Positions 19,400-31,063 of a stretch of 64,000 nt of DNA are shown here, piece by piece. The notes beneath the pieces were generated by a model. The model was not told the origin of the DNA. It searched no databases and saw only the letters and a list, made by a program, of their open reading frames with translations. The DNA lies in the NCBI GenBank assembly GCA_965221695.1, contig OZ244905.1, positions 544,001 through 608,000 on the forward strand. Reading direction: 5' to 3'. The translations under genes were made by a program, and so were the position numbers. This DNA comes from Gammaproteobacteria bacterium. Lineage in GTDB: Bacteria; Pseudomonadota; Gammaproteobacteria; Eutrophobiales; Eutrophobiaceae. Position 1 is the first letter of the stretch. Each line of letters starts with the position of its first letter.

Positions 19400-21814
19400 T
19401 TAATGTGGCCGTATCGTTTCCGAGCCCTCCTCCAAGGCAGCCGTTTCCTTTTTCACGATAGCGGCTTCCTCTTCCCCGGCTTCCGGAGCGGGCATGCGTT
19501 GCAACGCTATTTCCAGCACCTGATCAATCCAGCGCACAGGCTTGATATCAAGGTTCTGCTTGATATTTCTGGGTATCTCAATCAGCTCCCGTTCATTTTC
19601 AGAAGGTATCAGCACCGTCTCGATACCGCCACGCAGCGCTGCCAGTAGTTTTTCCTTCAGGCCGCCGATAGGCAATACCTCGCCGCGCAGAGTGATCTCA
19701 CCGGTCATCGCAACATTCGCTCGCACCGGAATATTGGTCAGCGCTGATACCAGAGCGGTGCACATTGCCACACCGGCGCTGGGCCCGTCCTTAGGTGTAG
19801 CGCCTTCGGGCACGTGAATATGAAAATCCCGCTCTTTGTAAAAATTCAAGTCGATCCCAAGGAATTCACTACGGCTGCGCACCACGGTGCGAGCCGCCTC
19901 GATGGATTCCTTCATGACATCGCCCAGGTGACCGGTGCGAATGGCCTCGCCCTTGCCGGGCACTACCGTGGCTTCGATAGTCAGCAGGTCGCCGCCAATT
20001 TCGGTCCATGCCAACCCGGTTACCTGCCCAACCCGGTCCTGTTCCTCAGCTCGACCATAGCGGTATCGCTTGACGCCAATCAACTTCTCCAGTTTTGCCG
20101 GTGTTATGGACAGCCGTTTCAAATCCGTTTTCTGTAATAACCTGGTGACGACTTTGCGGCAGATATTAGCGATTTCGCGCTCTAAGTTGCGCACTCCGGC
20201 CTCGCGGGTATAGTAGCGGATAATCTCGCGGATGGATGCTTCGCCCAGGTTGATCTCCTTCTGGTCGAGGCCATTGCGTTCCAGTTGCTTGGGGATCAGG
20301 TAATTCCTGGCAATATTAATCTTTTCATCTTCAGTATAACCGGAGATGCGGATAACCTCCATACGATCCAACAGCGGCGCCGGGATATTCAGGCTGTTGG
20401 CCGTGGTTACAAACATGACTTCGGACAGGTCGTAATCAACTTCCAGGTAATGGTCGACAAAACTGTGGTTTTGTTCCGGATCCAGGACTTCCAGCAAAGC
20501 CGAGGCCGGATCGCCGCGAAAATCCATGGCCATCTTATCTACTTCATCCAGCAACATCAAAGGATTCCTGGTCCCGACCTTTGCCATACTTTGCAGTATT
20601 TTGCCTGGCAGGGAACCTATATAAGTGCGCCGGTGGCCTCTTATCTCGGCCTCGTCACGCACCCCGCCCAAGGACATGCGAATGAATTTCCGGTTTGTAG
20701 CCCGGGCAATGGAGCGGCCCAAGGAAGTCTTTCCCACTCCCGGCGGCCCCACCAGGCACAGAATTGGCCCTTTCGGCTTTTTTACCCGCTGTTGGACAGC
20801 CAGATATTCCAGGATCCGTTGTTTAACCTTGTCCAGCCCATAGTGATCCTCTTCCAGTATCTGTTCCGCCTTGTTGATATCCTGTGAGATCCGGCTGCGC
20901 TTCTTCCAGGGAACATTAACCAGCCAGTCGATATAATTCCTTACCACGGTTGCTTCGGCAGACATGGGCGGCATCATTTTCAACTTGTTCAACTCCGCCT
21001 CAGCTTTTTTCCGAGTCTCCCGGGGCATACCCGACTTGGCGATTTTCCTGCTCAACTCCTCCATTTCATTAGGCGCTTCATCTATCTCGCCAAGTTCCTT
21101 TTGGATCGCCTTCATCTGCTCATTCAGATAATACTCGCGCTGGCTCTTTTCCATCTGCGACTTGACCCGCCCGCGGATGCGCTTTTCCACATTCAGGAGG
21201 TCGATTTCCTTCTCCATCAAGTCGATCAGGTATTCCAGGCGCTCCCGCACATTCACCTTTTCCAAGGCCACCTGCTTTTCTTCAATTTTGATTGACATGT
21301 GCGCGGCGATGGTATCTGCCAGACGGGAAGGATCATCAAGGCTGGACAAGGATGACAGAATCTCAGGGGGAACCTTCTTGTTCAGCTTCACATATTGTTC
21401 GAACTGGTTCAATGCCGGACGTAGCAATACCTCGATGGCCCGATCTTCATATTGCTCTTCCAGTAGTTCAGTATTGGCAAAAAACATCGAATCCGTCTCG
21501 ATAAAGTTAGCCACACGCGCTCTCTGGGCTCCTTCCACCAACACCTTGATGGTGCCGTCGGGCAATTTCAGCAATTGCAGGATATTGGACATTGAACCCA
21601 GCTCATAAATCTGATCGATAGCGGGATCATCTTCGCCGGCGCTCTTCTGAGCAACCAGGAGTATCTGTTTGTTGCCATTCATGGCGTTATCCAGCGCCTT
21701 GATGGACTTCTCTCTCCCTACAAACAGAGGTATGACCATATAGGGATAAACCACCACATCGCGTAGTGGCAGAACAGGGAGAACCTGAAGCGGTAGTTGT
21801 GAGGTGGCTGACAT
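19400..21814 (-). CDS. lon: ATP-dependent protease La
   Basis: [26 protein letters not shown] catalytic Ser, IGGLKEK. Confidence 0.98.
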   Translation of the reverse strand: MSATSQLPLQVLPVLPLRDVVVYPYMVIPLFVGREKSIKALDNAMNGNKQILLVAQKSAGEDDPAIDQIYELGSMSNILQLLKLPDGTIKVLVEGAQRARVANFIETDSMFFANTELLEEQYEDRAIEVLLRPALNQFEQYVKLNKKVPPEILSSLSSLDDPSRLADTIAAHMSIKIEEKQVALEKVNVRERLEYLIDLMEKEIDLLNVEKRIRGRVKSQMEKSQREYYLNEQMKAIQKELGEIDEAPNEMEELSRKIAKSGMPRETRKKAEAELNKLKMMPPMSAEATVVRNYIDWLVNVPWKKRSRISQDINKAEQILEEDHYGLDKVKQRILEYLAVQQRVKKPKGPILCLVGPPGVGKTSLGRSIARATNRKFIRMSLGGVRDEAEIRGHRRTYIGSLPGKILQSMAKVGTRNPLMLLDEVDKMAMDFRGDPASALLEVLDPEQNHSFVDHYLEVDYDLSEVMFVTTANSLNIPAPLLDRMEVIRISGYTEDEKINIARNYLIPKQLERNGLDQKEINLGEASIREIIRYYTREAGVRNLEREIANICRKVVTRLLQKTDLKRLSITPAKLEKLIGVKRYRYGRAEEQDRVGQVTGLAWTEIGGDLLTIEATVVPGKGEAIRTGHLGDVMKESIEAARTVVRSRSEFLGIDLNFYKERDFHIHVPEGATPKDGPSAGVAMCTALVSALTNIPVRANVAMTGEITLRGEVLPIGGLKEKLLAALRGGIETVLIPSENERELIEIPRNIKQNLDIKPVRWIDQVLEIALQRMPAPEAGEEEAAIVKKETAALEEGSETIRPH

Positions 21815-21880
21815 AACTGAAGGCTATATTGGATTACCCCTGTTAATTGGGGCAACTACCATAGATTTCAAGGGTTAGTA

Positions 21881-23167
21881 CTAGTCCGCATCGGACGCCG
21901 CCTTCGGCAATTCGCCGCCCTCATAGATCATCAGTGGTTTCGACTCGCCGCCAATTACACCGGCATCGATTACCACCTTGGTCACTCCGTCGGTCGAAGG
22001 CAGATCATACATGGTATCAAGCAATACGTTTTCCATAATCGAACGCAGACCTCTGGCGCCGGTTTTCCTTTCCATGGACTTTCTCGCGACCTTGCGCAAT
22101 GCGTCATCACGAAACTCAATTTCACAGTTTTCCATCTCGAACATGCGTTCGTATTGCCTGGTGAGCGCATTCTTCGGCTCAACCAGTATTTTCACAAGCT
22201 GCTCCTCATCCAGTTCATCCAGTGTCGCTACTACGGGCAGACGACCAACGAATTCGGGAATGAGACCGTACTTGATCAAATCTTCCGGTTCAACAGTCTG
22301 CAGCAAAGCGCTGGCGCTCTTCCTGTCCGACAGACTCTTCACTTCGGCGGAAAACCCAATGCCGGCCTTTTCCGAACGCTCCCGGATGATCTTATCCAAA
22401 CCCGCAAACGCGCCACCACAGATGAACAGGATATCAGCCGTATTGACCTGCAGGAATTCCTGTTGCGGGTGTTTGCGTCCTCCCTGAGGCGGGACAGACG
22501 CCACAGTGCCTTCGACCAGCTTCAGTAAAGCCTGTTGCACCCCTTCACCAGAGACATCGCGGGTGATGGATGGATTGTCGGACTTGCGGGAAATCTTGTC
22601 TATTTCATCAATGTACACAATACCCGTCTGGGCTTTTTCCACATCATAATCGCATTTCTGCAGCAATTTCTGGATGATGTTTTCGACATCCTCGCCCACA
22701 TAACCGGCCTCAGTCAGGGTTGTGGCATCGGCAATAGTAAAGGGCACGTTGAGCAGGCGGGCAAGGGTTTCGGCCAGCAGGGTCTTGCCGCTGCCGGTGG
22801 GGCCGATCAACAATACGTTGCTCTTGGCCAGTTCCACATCGGATTTTTTTACCCCCTGTTCGAGGCGTTTGTAATGGTTGTACACCGCAACCGAAAGGAT
22901 CTTTTTTGCAAGATCCTGACCGATGACATACTCGTTCAGAATTTCATTGATCTCTCGGGGGGTGGGCAGCGCATTAGCGGCTCCGGAAATCGACCGCTCC
23001 TGGATTTCCTCCCAGATGATATCGTTGCACAACTCCACACATTCATCACAGATGAATACTGAAGGGCCGGCAATCAGCTTGCGCACCTCATGTTGGCTCT
23101 TGCCACAGAAAGAGCAATATAACAGCCGGTCGCCCTCGCCTGATTTACCTTGTTTGTTGCCGCTCAT
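21881..23167 (-). CDS. clpX: ATP-dependent Clp protease ATP-binding subunit
   Basis: CSFCGK..CDEC zinc finger, [11 protein letters not shown] loop. Confidence 0.98.
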   Translation of the reverse strand: MSGNKQGKSGEGDRLLYCSFCGKSQHEVRKLIAGPSVFICDECVELCNDIIWEEIQERSISGAANALPTPREINEILNEYVIGQDLAKKILSVAVYNHYKRLEQGVKKSDVELAKSNVLLIGPTGSGKTLLAETLARLLNVPFTIADATTLTEAGYVGEDVENIIQKLLQKCDYDVEKAQTGIVYIDEIDKISRKSDNPSITRDVSGEGVQQALLKLVEGTVASVPPQGGRKHPQQEFLQVNTADILFICGGAFAGLDKIIRERSEKAGIGFSAEVKSLSDRKSASALLQTVEPEDLIKYGLIPEFVGRLPVVATLDELDEEQLVKILVEPKNALTRQYERMFEMENCEIEFRDDALRKVARKSMERKTGARGLRSIMENVLLDTMYDLPSTDGVTKVVIDAGVIGGESKPLMIYEGGELPKAASDAD

Positions 23168-23253
23168 AACTTAACCTAATAACATACTATTTTAAATCTG
23201 TCCCAATCTGTTCCGCAACTATAACCCGGCCTTATGTTCAAAGCCCGCGCAGT

Positions 23254-23859
23254 CTAACGCGCGGCCAGCACTGCGTCTACTAATCCATATTCCTTCGCTT
23301 CCTCCGAACTCATGAATTTATCCCGCTCTGTGTCTCGCTGTATTTTATTAACAGACTGCCCTGTATGGGAAACAAAAATCCGGTTCAGCCTTTCACGCGC
23401 CTTCAAAATCTCTTTGGCATGAATATCTATATCTGTTGCCTGCCCCTGAAAACCTCCCAGTGGCTGATGGATCATAACCCGTGAATGCGGCAGGCAGAAG
23501 CGTTTACCGGCGGCGCCGCCAGCCAGCAGCAAAGCGCCCATACTGGCTGCCTGTCCGACACACATCGTGCTGACATCCGGTTTTATAAATTGCATGGTAT
23601 CATAAACAGCCAAGCCGGCTGAAACCGAGCCCCCCGGAGAATTGATATAGAAATGAATATCCTTATCAGGGTTCTCCGACTCCAGAAACAACAACTGGGC
23701 AACGATCAGGTTGGCTACATGGTCCTCCACTGCCCCAACCAGGAAAACCACCCGTTCCTTCAGCAGGCGCGAATAAATGTCATAGGCTCGCTCGCCGCGG
23801 GAAGTCTGCTCTACAACCATAGGCACCAGGTTGAGACCTTTTATATCTACTTTATCCAT
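23254..23859 (-). CDS. clpP: ATP-dependent Clp protease proteolytic subunit
   Basis: [29 protein letters not shown]; ATG overlaps the tig stop (TAATG). Confidence 0.98.
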   Translation of the reverse strand: MDKVDIKGLNLVPMVVEQTSRGERAYDIYSRLLKERVVFLVGAVEDHVANLIVAQLLFLESENPDKDIHFYINSPGGSVSAGLAVYDTMQFIKPDVSTMCVGQAASMGALLLAGGAAGKRFCLPHSRVMIHQPLGGFQGQATDIDIHAKEILKARERLNRIFVSHTGQSVNKIQRDTERDKFMSSEEAKEYGLVDAVLAAR

Positions 23860-25178
23860 TAATTATTAGTCTGCCTTTTATTCATCAATTCGTCAAACGC
23901 CAATGATAATTCCTTTACCTTGCCCAGCGATGAAATACATTCGATCACCTCATCTTCGAGCGCAATGGATTCAACCCGAGCCATACTCTCCTTATCTCTG
24001 TAATGCCAGTTGATAAACTCTTCAGAATCGTCATAAGATTGTGCCCATGTCTCTATGATTTCCCTGACTTTTTCTGGTTTAGCCTGTAATTCGCGCGTGC
24101 GGATGAGCTCTGCCGTAAGCAACTGCAACGCGACCTGGCGTCTGGCCGTGTTTTTGAAATCTTCAAGCGCGGCCAGTTGGGAGATATTTTCCTTGGCGAT
24201 GCCGCGCTTTTCCAGATCCAAGGCCAGTAATTGCTGCATGCGTTCTGCCTCGATGTTTACCATAACATCAGGCACATCAATTTCGTTGGCATCATGCAAC
24301 GCGTTCATGATGGAGTCCCGGTAACGTTTCCGCAACTCGACCTGGAGCTCCCGGTTCATATGGTTCCGGATTTCCTGTCTGAATGCCTGTTCTCCTCCAT
24401 CCGATACCCCGAAGTTTTCAAAGAACGCTTCATCCAAATCGGGCCATACGGCTTCCATGACCTTATTGACTTCTATTTGGAACAACGCCGGTTTGCCGGC
24501 TAGTTCTGCGCTGTAAAAATCCTCCGGCAATGTCAGTTTCAACTCCAATGACTGGCCCGAGCTGGCGCCATCCAAGCCCTGGTCCAACCCCGGAAAAAGT
24601 CTGTCCTCGCCGATTTCGATATCCACCTCTTCCGCTTTAAGCGATTCCAGTTCTTCTCCGTCAACCAATCCCTGAAAATTGATATTCACCAAATCACCGT
24701 TGCCTGCCGCTCGTTCCACCACCTGAAATGTCCGATTTTGCCGGCGTAACTTTTCGATCATCCGATCAACATCGACCTCCTCGATCTCACACACCGGTTT
24801 TTCTAACCGCAGTTCCTCGATCGGGTTGAGTTTGATCTCAGGCATGACCTCGAAGGTGGCGGTATAAGAGAGACCGTTGCCGACTTCTTCCTGCAATGGG
24901 TCGATCAAAGGCCTGCCGACGGGTTTTAGGTCTTCCTGTTGTGCCGCCTCATGAAAAGATGAGTTGACCAGCTTATCGACTACTTCCTGGCGCACCTGAG
25001 AACCAAAACGCTGTTTGATCACGCGCAAGGGCGCCTTGCCCGGACGAAAGCCCTGAATCCGGCTCGTTCTGGTCATGGATTTGAGCCGCTCCTCCACCGC
25101 GCTGGCGATGCGCTCCTCCGGCAGCTCGACCGTCATACTTCTGCCGAGAGAGCCTTTCGTTTCAACCGAAACCTGCAT
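23859..25178 (-). CDS. tig: Trigger factor
   Basis: MQVSVE start, GFRPGKAP ribosome-binding motif, FKBP domain. Confidence 0.96.
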   Translation of the reverse strand: MQVSVETKGSLGRSMTVELPEERIASAVEERLKSMTRTSRIQGFRPGKAPLRVIKQRFGSQVRQEVVDKLVNSSFHEAAQQEDLKPVGRPLIDPLQEEVGNGLSYTATFEVMPEIKLNPIEELRLEKPVCEIEEVDVDRMIEKLRRQNRTFQVVERAAGNGDLVNINFQGLVDGEELESLKAEEVDIEIGEDRLFPGLDQGLDGASSGQSLELKLTLPEDFYSAELAGKPALFQIEVNKVMEAVWPDLDEAFFENFGVSDGGEQAFRQEIRNHMNRELQVELRKRYRDSIMNALHDANEIDVPDVMVNIEAERMQQLLALDLEKRGIAKENISQLAALEDFKNTARRQVALQLLTAELIRTRELQAKPEKVREIIETWAQSYDDSEEFINWHYRDKESMARVESIALEDEVIECISSLGKVKELSLAFDELMNKRQTNN

Positions 25179-25212
25179 ATGCCGTTATCTCTATCTGTTT
25201 GAATATTTGGTA

Positions 25213-25297
<85 letters not shown>

Positions 25298-25326
25298 TCA
25301 CTATGCCTGGCGCAGAGCAAAGAGCG

Positions 25327-25355
25327 ATTATACACCAACGGGAAAGCAGTTGTAA
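25327..25355 (-). promoter_or_regulatory. Putative sigma70 promoter of tRNA-Leu-tig
   Basis: TTACAA-17 nt-TATAAT on the minus strand. Confidence 0.5.
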
Positions 25356-25356
25356 T

Positions 25357-25689
25357 TCAGAGACATTCCTCAGCGAAGGACTTGCATGTCCTGACGCACT
25401 TTGTGGCAACAGCCCCACTGCCAGCGCTACGCCTTAGACAGTCTTCGCCCCACCTGGAACACACGGTCATGCAGCGTCTGTCCTCCCGGTATTCCAGGTT
25501 GCCGGCAGGAACCTGTATTCGGAGAGTGGCGGTTTCATGCTCAGGCTGGATATCGCTGTTTTCATATTCAAGGGAAAGAACAAGAGGGTTGGCATCCGCG
25601 GATTCGGCAGGAGCGAAGGATGATTGTTGCGCAGCCGGCGCGGCGCCAAGGACGAAAACGAAAATTAGTACAGCATGTAACAAATGCAT
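25357..25689 (-). CDS. Hypothetical secreted protein with two C-x3-C-x6-C-L motifs
   Basis: Signal peptide MHLLHAVLIFVFVLGAAPAA; C-terminal CMTVCSRWGEDCL and CVRTCKSFAEECL. Confidence 0.7.
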   Translation of the reverse strand: MHLLHAVLIFVFVLGAAPAAQQSSFAPAESADANPLVLSLEYENSDIQPEHETATLRIQVPAGNLEYREDRRCMTVCSRWGEDCLRRSAGSGAVATKCVRTCKSFAEECL

Positions 25690-25840
25690 GCATTCTATCT
25701 TTCTGAGTGTATGACAATTAGACATTATTACGTTTGGACTGGCAACAGGAAATTTAGTTCAGCCTTGATTATGACGTTCAGACGATTATGTTACCAAAAA
25801 AGCAGTTCTATTCTGAAATATAATGAGGATACACAAATAA

Positions 25841-25985
25841 GGAAGGTCTGAACAAGCCCATCCATGACTTGCAAAGCGCGTAAATCAAAAAAGTGATTTG
25901 TACTCACAAAATCAATGGCATAATGCCATTGATTTTAACGGTGCGTGCTTGTACCGTAGGAACCTCTGGCTTAATCAGGAGTTCC
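25841..25985 (-). mobile_element. ~150-bp multi-hairpin MITE-like element (divergent copy)
   Basis: Ends GGAAGGTCTGAA and CAGGAGTTCC; same hairpin order as 31728-31878. Confidence 0.65.
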
Positions 25986-26025
25986 ATGCTCAAATTTATG
26001 CAATCTTCAAGTTTATACATTCATC

Positions 26026-26409
26026 ATGGATAACAGACTTTATTTCATTTTCGGCGATCTTGTTTCAAATATTATCGCCGGCATCTTGATCGCGCTCTGT
26101 GCCGCTCTGCTGGTTGGCGTTGGTTGGAACATGTTCATTGCCATGGCGGTAATGATGGCGCTGGGCATGGCGCTAGGCTTTATTCTCTCCCTGGCCCTGG
26201 GCATACTGTTCGGAGCTATGGAAATCATGGTGCCGGTAATGTTGACCGGCATGTTCAGTGGCATGTTCAGTGGCATGTGGCTGGCCATGGCAGAGACGAC
26301 GCTCACGCGCCTGGTATGGCTGGGGTTAATCACTGGAACGGTCATAACCTGTGTTATCTGGCTGGTCAATACACATCTGCGCGGCATCAGTTCAACGGAG
26401 ATCAACTGA
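26026..26409 (+). CDS. Small Met/Gly-rich membrane protein, unknown function
   Basis: Four hydrophobic segments; MAVMMALGM and GMFSGMFSGMW; 2 nt upstream of the methyltransferase. Confidence 0.75.
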   Translation: MDNRLYFIFGDLVSNIIAGILIALCAALLVGVGWNMFIAMAVMMALGMALGFILSLALGILFGAMEIMVPVMLTGMFSGMFSGMWLAMAETTLTRLVWLGLITGTVITCVIWLVNTHLRGISSTEIN

Positions 26410-26411
26410 CT

Positions 26412-27029
26412 ATGGTCGATTTGGTTACACAAGACAAATGGAATAAGGCGGCCCCCAACTTTGACCTGATGTCCGGCAACGGCGAGTTGAAACGCTGGCT
26501 TCCCTTCAAGACCCGGTTGTTCAACCACATGGAACCGGGTAAAATCCTGTTCGCCTCCCTGGGTACGGGACTTGACATACCGGCGTTTCCACCCAATATG
26601 ACGATCACTGCCATTGATATAAGCCCGGAAATGCTCAAGCGCGCGCAGCCTCGGATCGACGAATACCCCGGGACAATCAATGTCGAGCTCATCGATATCC
26701 ATGAAATGCCATACCCAGACAACCACTTCGACCAGATATTCACATCATGCACGTTTTGCTCTGTGCCGAGGCCGGTGGCGGCGCTGAGCGTGTTGAACCG
26801 CGTGCTGAAACCAGGTGGCCGGCTCTACATGTTCGAACACACGGGGAGCCGTTATTTCCCCTTCAACCGCATGATGGACCTGATGACGATTATTACCCGG
26901 AAAATTGGCCCTGATCTGAACAGAACTACCGTGGCGAACGTCAAGGCGGCCGGATTTGAAATCATGGAAGTGAACAACCTATTCCTGGATATTGTCAAAA
27001 CGATTAAGGCGACAAAGCCACTTCACTGA
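26412..27029 (+). CDS. Class I SAM-dependent methyltransferase
   Basis: SLGTGLD motif I, AIDISPEML, FCSVP..RVLKPGG.LYMFEH; true start is the ATG at 26412. Confidence 0.88.
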   Translation: MVDLVTQDKWNKAAPNFDLMSGNGELKRWLPFKTRLFNHMEPGKILFASLGTGLDIPAFPPNMTITAIDISPEMLKRAQPRIDEYPGTINVELIDIHEMPYPDNHFDQIFTSCTFCSVPRPVAALSVLNRVLKPGGRLYMFEHTGSRYFPFNRMMDLMTIITRKIGPDLNRTTVANVKAAGFEIMEVNNLFLDIVKTIKATKPLH

Positions 27030-27044
27030 GTTTAAATCGAAAAC

Positions 27045-28475
27045 ATGCGCCAGTTGCTTACAATTTTTGTCTTAATGTCGGCAGTTGGGCTGCTTTACGG
27101 TCAGGCGCGCGACAAGGCTATCCTGCTCAGCGTTGATGACGCCATCGGCCCGGCGATCACCGATTACATAGAGCGGGGCCTTGACAAGGCAAACGACGCC
27201 GGAGCGGAAATCGTCATCATCCGGCTCGATACTCCCGGCGGCCTGGACCTGGCGATGCGCAGCATAATCCAGGCCATCATCGCGTCCCCGGTCCCGGTCG
27301 CGATCCATGTTGCGCCTTCCGGCGCACGCGCAGCCAGCGCCGGCACCTACATGCTGTATGCCGCGCATGTCGCGGCGATGGCGCCGGGAACCAACCTCGG
27401 CGCGGCAACGCCGGTACAGATGGGCGGTATGCCCGGCATGGAACCGCCGAAAAAACCCACCCCTCCCGGCGCCCCGGACGCGGCGCCGGAGACCGCACCG
27501 GACACTGATGACAACGCCGGTGAAACGGCTGCGCAAGAGGAACCCGGAACATCCGTACCGGGCAATGCGGACGCGATGAGAAAAAAAATAGTGAACGATG
27601 CCGCCGCCTATATTCGCGGTCTCGCCGAGTTGCGCGGGCGCAATGCGGAATGGGCTGAACAAGCCGTGCGCGAAGGCGCCAGCCTGTCCGCCGAAGAGGC
27701 GCTGGAAGCCGGCGTGATCGACCTGGTTGCCAGGGATATTGCGGAACTGCTGCAACAGGTTGACGGGAAAACGGTAACCGTACAGAACGCGGAACGGACG
27801 CTGAACACCAGCGGCTTGATCGTCGAAGCCATCGAACCGGATTGGCGCAACGAACTGCTGGCGATCATCACCAATCCGAACATCGCCTATATCCTGATGC
27901 TGCTGGGCATCTACGGTCTCTTTTTCGAACTGGCCAACCCCGGTTCGGTGCTGCCCGGCGTGATTGGCGGCATCTCCATATTGCTGGCCCTGTACGCACT
28001 GCAAGTGCTGCCGGTGAACTATGCCGGCCTGGGGCTGATGCTCCTGGGGGTGGCGCTGATGGTCGGCGAACTGTTCATACCCAGCTTCGGCATCCTGGGA
28101 ATCGGTGGTGTTATCTCATTCGTGCTGGGTTCCATCCTGCTGTTCGACCGTGACAGCGGCAATCTTGCCGTATCGATGCCGTTGATTACTGCGGTAGCCG
28201 TGTTGTCTGCGGGGTTTTTCCTTATCGTGATCCGTTCCCTGTATGCCTCCAGACGGCGACCCGTGGTAGCCGGCGCTGAAGAGCTTCTCGGCGCAACAGG
28301 CACGGTTGCAGCCGATTTCAGCGGCGCCGGCATCATCCATATTCATGGCGAACAATGGAATGCGCGTTCGGAGACGCCGATGCGCAGCGGGGACGAAGCC
28401 CGCGTCGTCGGCCGGGACGGCCTCACCCTGCTCATCGAAGCAGTACCAGCACCAAAATCGGAGGAATCTTCATAA
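27045..28475 (+). CDS. nfeD: NfeD-family membrane-bound serine protease (long form)
   Basis: [32 protein letters not shown]-terminal OB fold IHGEQWNA. Confidence 0.92.
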   Translation: MRQLLTIFVLMSAVGLLYGQARDKAILLSVDDAIGPAITDYIERGLDKANDAGAEIVIIRLDTPGGLDLAMRSIIQAIIASPVPVAIHVAPSGARAASAGTYMLYAAHVAAMAPGTNLGAATPVQMGGMPGMEPPKKPTPPGAPDAAPETAPDTDDNAGETAAQEEPGTSVPGNADAMRKKIVNDAAAYIRGLAELRGRNAEWAEQAVREGASLSAEEALEAGVIDLVARDIAELLQQVDGKTVTVQNAERTLNTSGLIVEAIEPDWRNELLAIITNPNIAYILMLLGIYGLFFELANPGSVLPGVIGGISILLALYALQVLPVNYAGLGLMLLGVALMVGELFIPSFGILGIGGVISFVLGSILLFDRDSGNLAVSMPLITAVAVLSAGFFLIVIRSLYASRRRPVVAGAEELLGATGTVAADFSGAGIIHIHGEQWNARSETPMRSGDEARVVGRDGLTLLIEAVPAPKSEESS

Positions 28476-29227
28476 TGCTGACTTATCTCTATATTATCAT
28501 CGGCCTCGCGATCCTGATCCCGATGTTCATCAAGATTTTGCGCGAATATGAACGCGCAGTGGTCTTCACTTTCGGCCGTTTCACCGCGGTAAAAGGCCCG
28601 GGGCTGATCATTATCATCCCGTTCGTGCAACAGATTGAGAGAGTGGAACTGCGCACCATCGCGATGGATGTCCCGAGCCAGGACGTGATCTCCAGGGACA
28701 ACGTATCGGTCAAGGTCAACGCAGTGCTCTATTACCGGGTGATCGACCCCGAACGGGCAATTATCCAGGTGGAGGATTTCCATGAAGCCACGAGCCAACT
28801 GGCACAGACCACCTTGCGCGCGGTGCTTGGCAAGCATGAGCTGGACGACATGCTGTCGCAGCGGGAAAAGCTCAACAATGACATACAGTCCGACCTGGAC
28901 AAGCAGACCGACGCCTGGGGCATCAAGGTGGCCAACGTTGAGATCAAACATGTGGACCTGGATGAAAGCATGATCCGCGCCATCGCCAAGCAGGCGGAAG
29001 CTGAACGTGAACGGCGCGCCAAGATCATCCATGCAGAGGGCGAGTTGCAGGCATCCCAGAAACTCCTGGAGGCCGCCACGGTGCTGGGCCAGAACAACAA
29101 CAGCATGCAGTTGCGTTACCTGCAGACCCTGACCGAGATCGCAGGCGAGAAAAGCTCCACCATCGCCTTTCCGATACCCATCGATTTCCTCAAATCGTTC
29201 CAGTTGATGGGCCAGGTGAACACATAG
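28475..29227 (+). CDS. Stomatin-like (slipin/SPFH) protein
   Basis: [46 protein letters not shown]; coupled to nfeD by TAATG. Confidence 0.93.
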   Translation: MLTYLYIIIGLAILIPMFIKILREYERAVVFTFGRFTAVKGPGLIIIIPFVQQIERVELRTIAMDVPSQDVISRDNVSVKVNAVLYYRVIDPERAIIQVEDFHEATSQLAQTTLRAVLGKHELDDMLSQREKLNNDIQSDLDKQTDAWGIKVANVEIKHVDLDESMIRAIAKQAEAERERRAKIIHAEGELQASQKLLEAATVLGQNNNSMQLRYLQTLTEIAGEKSSTIAFPIPIDFLKSFQLMGQVNT

Positions 29228-29238
29228 TACTCAAGCAT

Positions 29239-29352
29239 TGTACCAAAAAAGAGTATGCTGACGAGTTCACCCTGGGAGCGTAGGGGCTTGTCCTGACGTG
29301 AATCGCAACGCTGTACCGGAAAGAGAATGTTGACAATTTCACCCTGGGAACG
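29239..29352. repeat. Imperfect ~41-bp direct repeat, two copies
   Basis: TGTACCAAAAAAGAGTATGCTGACGAGTTCACCCTGGGAGCG at 29239 and TGTACCGGAAAGAGAATGTTGACAATTTCACCCTGGGAACG at 29312. Confidence 0.6.
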
Positions 29353-29391
29353 CCGTGGCTCGCTTGCAGGTCAGAACATAAAACCCAAGAT

Positions 29392-30909
29392 TTATTTGAG
29401 CATGTGGCTTGCGACATGGGATGCCCAGGCCGCAATACTGAGAGAGGGCGGCACCCCCACCGGCTGCGGGAACACTGACGCATCTGCGATGTACAAACCG
29501 GGATGCCCGTGTGCCTGCCCTGCCCCGTCCACCACACCTGCCGCCGTTTCATCACTAATACGGCAGCCGCCCATCGGGTGGGCGGTCATTACACTGCCGG
29601 CGTCAAACTTGAGCGGGCGTCCGGACAGTTCGCCCAGTGTCTCGAAGGCGCGCAGGGTTGCCGCATAGCTGGGCGACCCGTCCATCGAAAATGAAAAGTG
29701 CATGCGTCCCTTGTCCATGCCGATGAAACCATCGGCCGCATCTTGCGACATGGCCACCACATCGTAGGCGCGTCCGGCCTTTGCCCGCGCGCCGGCATAC
29801 AGGAAACCGGGAAGCGGTGGGGTGTTGCCGCCGGCAAGAATGACATAATTGCCTTCCTCATGCCCTTTGATTTTGACGCGTCCATGCGAAGGTGTTCCCA
29901 GCACGGAATCGCGGGAACCATCCTCCGGTACCGGCCAGGAGCCGATCAGGTCGCCATTGGCGCCGAACCCTTTGCCCAGCCCCGGCAATTCGCCCAGGCC
30001 GCCGTTCCGGCATGAATGCAGCAGCAGGTTGTTGGTATTCATCGTACCTGCCGCCAGCACGACCGCATGCGCCCTGAGCGCCTGGTCTTGCCCGTTTTCC
30101 AGGTCACGCACGCTAAGACGGTAACCCTGTTCACCATCACGGGAGACAGCCCGTACCTCGTGCATCGGCTTGATCGTCAGGCCCTTCTGCATAGCCGGCA
30201 ACAGGTAGAGCGCATCCACGGTGGACTTGGAACCGTCCGGGCTGCCGAACATGCTGTGCTCCTGGTGGTAATCTATTGGCCTGCGCACAATACCGTGTTC
30301 GTCCGTAAGCGGCTGCAATGCGTTTTCCTGCTCCGGGTACAGTATGGCCATGGGCGGCTGCTCGCCGGGTTGTAACGGGGTGAAATAATCCTCGCCCACC
30401 CAGGCGTGGTCGGTATGGTTGGGAACGCGGGATGAATCAGGCGGCTGTACGCCCTGCAACTCCTGCAGCGCGCGGTCATAATGACCGGCCATGATCGCGT
30501 CATCCAGCCCGGCGGCGCGCCCGTCCCAGAACCCCGCGGCGGGCCGTTCCAGGATCGCGGCCCAGATATGGCTGCCCCCGCCCACGCCCGAGGTACATAC
30601 GGTCTTGACGCCCCGGCCTATCCATAGTTCCAGAAATCCGGACTTGTTCAGCCTGAGGCCCCGCTTCGGCCCGAACGGCGGATGCAATGAGCGAATTATA
30701 CCCATCATGCCGCCGTTGCAGGGCAACGGCCGGGTGTTCGTGATACCGGCTTCGCGCACCGGCAATGTATCGCGCCAGGGGCCACGTTCCAACAGCAATA
30801 CCGACCTCCCGGCATCAACCAACCGAGAGGCGGCAACAGAACCGCCAAACCCGCTGCCGACTACGATGACATCGGCAGCCTGTTGCTGTTCACTACCATT
30901 GCTCATCAT
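29392..30909 (-). CDS. GMC-family FAD oxidoreductase, cholesterol oxidase-like
   Basis: VGSGFGGSV..LLERG, GVGGGS, LAAGTMNT, TAHPMGGC, PSLSIAA. Confidence 0.85.
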   Translation of the reverse strand: MMSNGSEQQQAADVIVVGSGFGGSVAASRLVDAGRSVLLLERGPWRDTLPVREAGITNTRPLPCNGGMMGIIRSLHPPFGPKRGLRLNKSGFLELWIGRGVKTVCTSGVGGGSHIWAAILERPAAGFWDGRAAGLDDAIMAGHYDRALQELQGVQPPDSSRVPNHTDHAWVGEDYFTPLQPGEQPPMAILYPEQENALQPLTDEHGIVRRPIDYHQEHSMFGSPDGSKSTVDALYLLPAMQKGLTIKPMHEVRAVSRDGEQGYRLSVRDLENGQDQALRAHAVVLAAGTMNTNNLLLHSCRNGGLGELPGLGKGFGANGDLIGSWPVPEDGSRDSVLGTPSHGRVKIKGHEEGNYVILAGGNTPPLPGFLYAGARAKAGRAYDVVAMSQDAADGFIGMDKGRMHFSFSMDGSPSYAATLRAFETLGELSGRPLKFDAGSVMTAHPMGGCRISDETAAGVVDGAGQAHGHPGLYIADASVFPQPVGVPPSLSIAAWASHVASHMLK

Positions 30910-30938
30910 TGCTGTGCCTCAGCCAGCTAAGAAGACTA

Positions 30939-31011
30939 TGGGCCGTCAGGGATTCGAACCCTGGACCTTGGGATTAAGAGTCCCCTGCTCTACCAACTAA
31001 GCTAACGGCCC
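30939..31011 (-). tRNA. tRNA-Lys (CTT), no encoded CCA
   Basis: GGGCCGTTAGCTTAGTTGGTAGAGC...CTCTTAA...GGTTCGAATCCCTGACGGCCCA. Confidence 0.95.
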
Positions 31012-31063
31012 GCGGGAAAGTATATCATGGCAGCCTGCCAATCCGCGCGGGGATCTCTTTGCA

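Noticed and set aside
26124-26411. N-terminal extension of the methyltransferase ORF
   Set aside because: It overlaps the membrane-protein gene in another frame. Similar over-long starts were trimmed for fabI, oppC, slipin, ampD, nadC and the CoxS-like subunit
25298-30938. Active integrative element or prophage
   Set aside because: No integrase, phage genes or att duplication found
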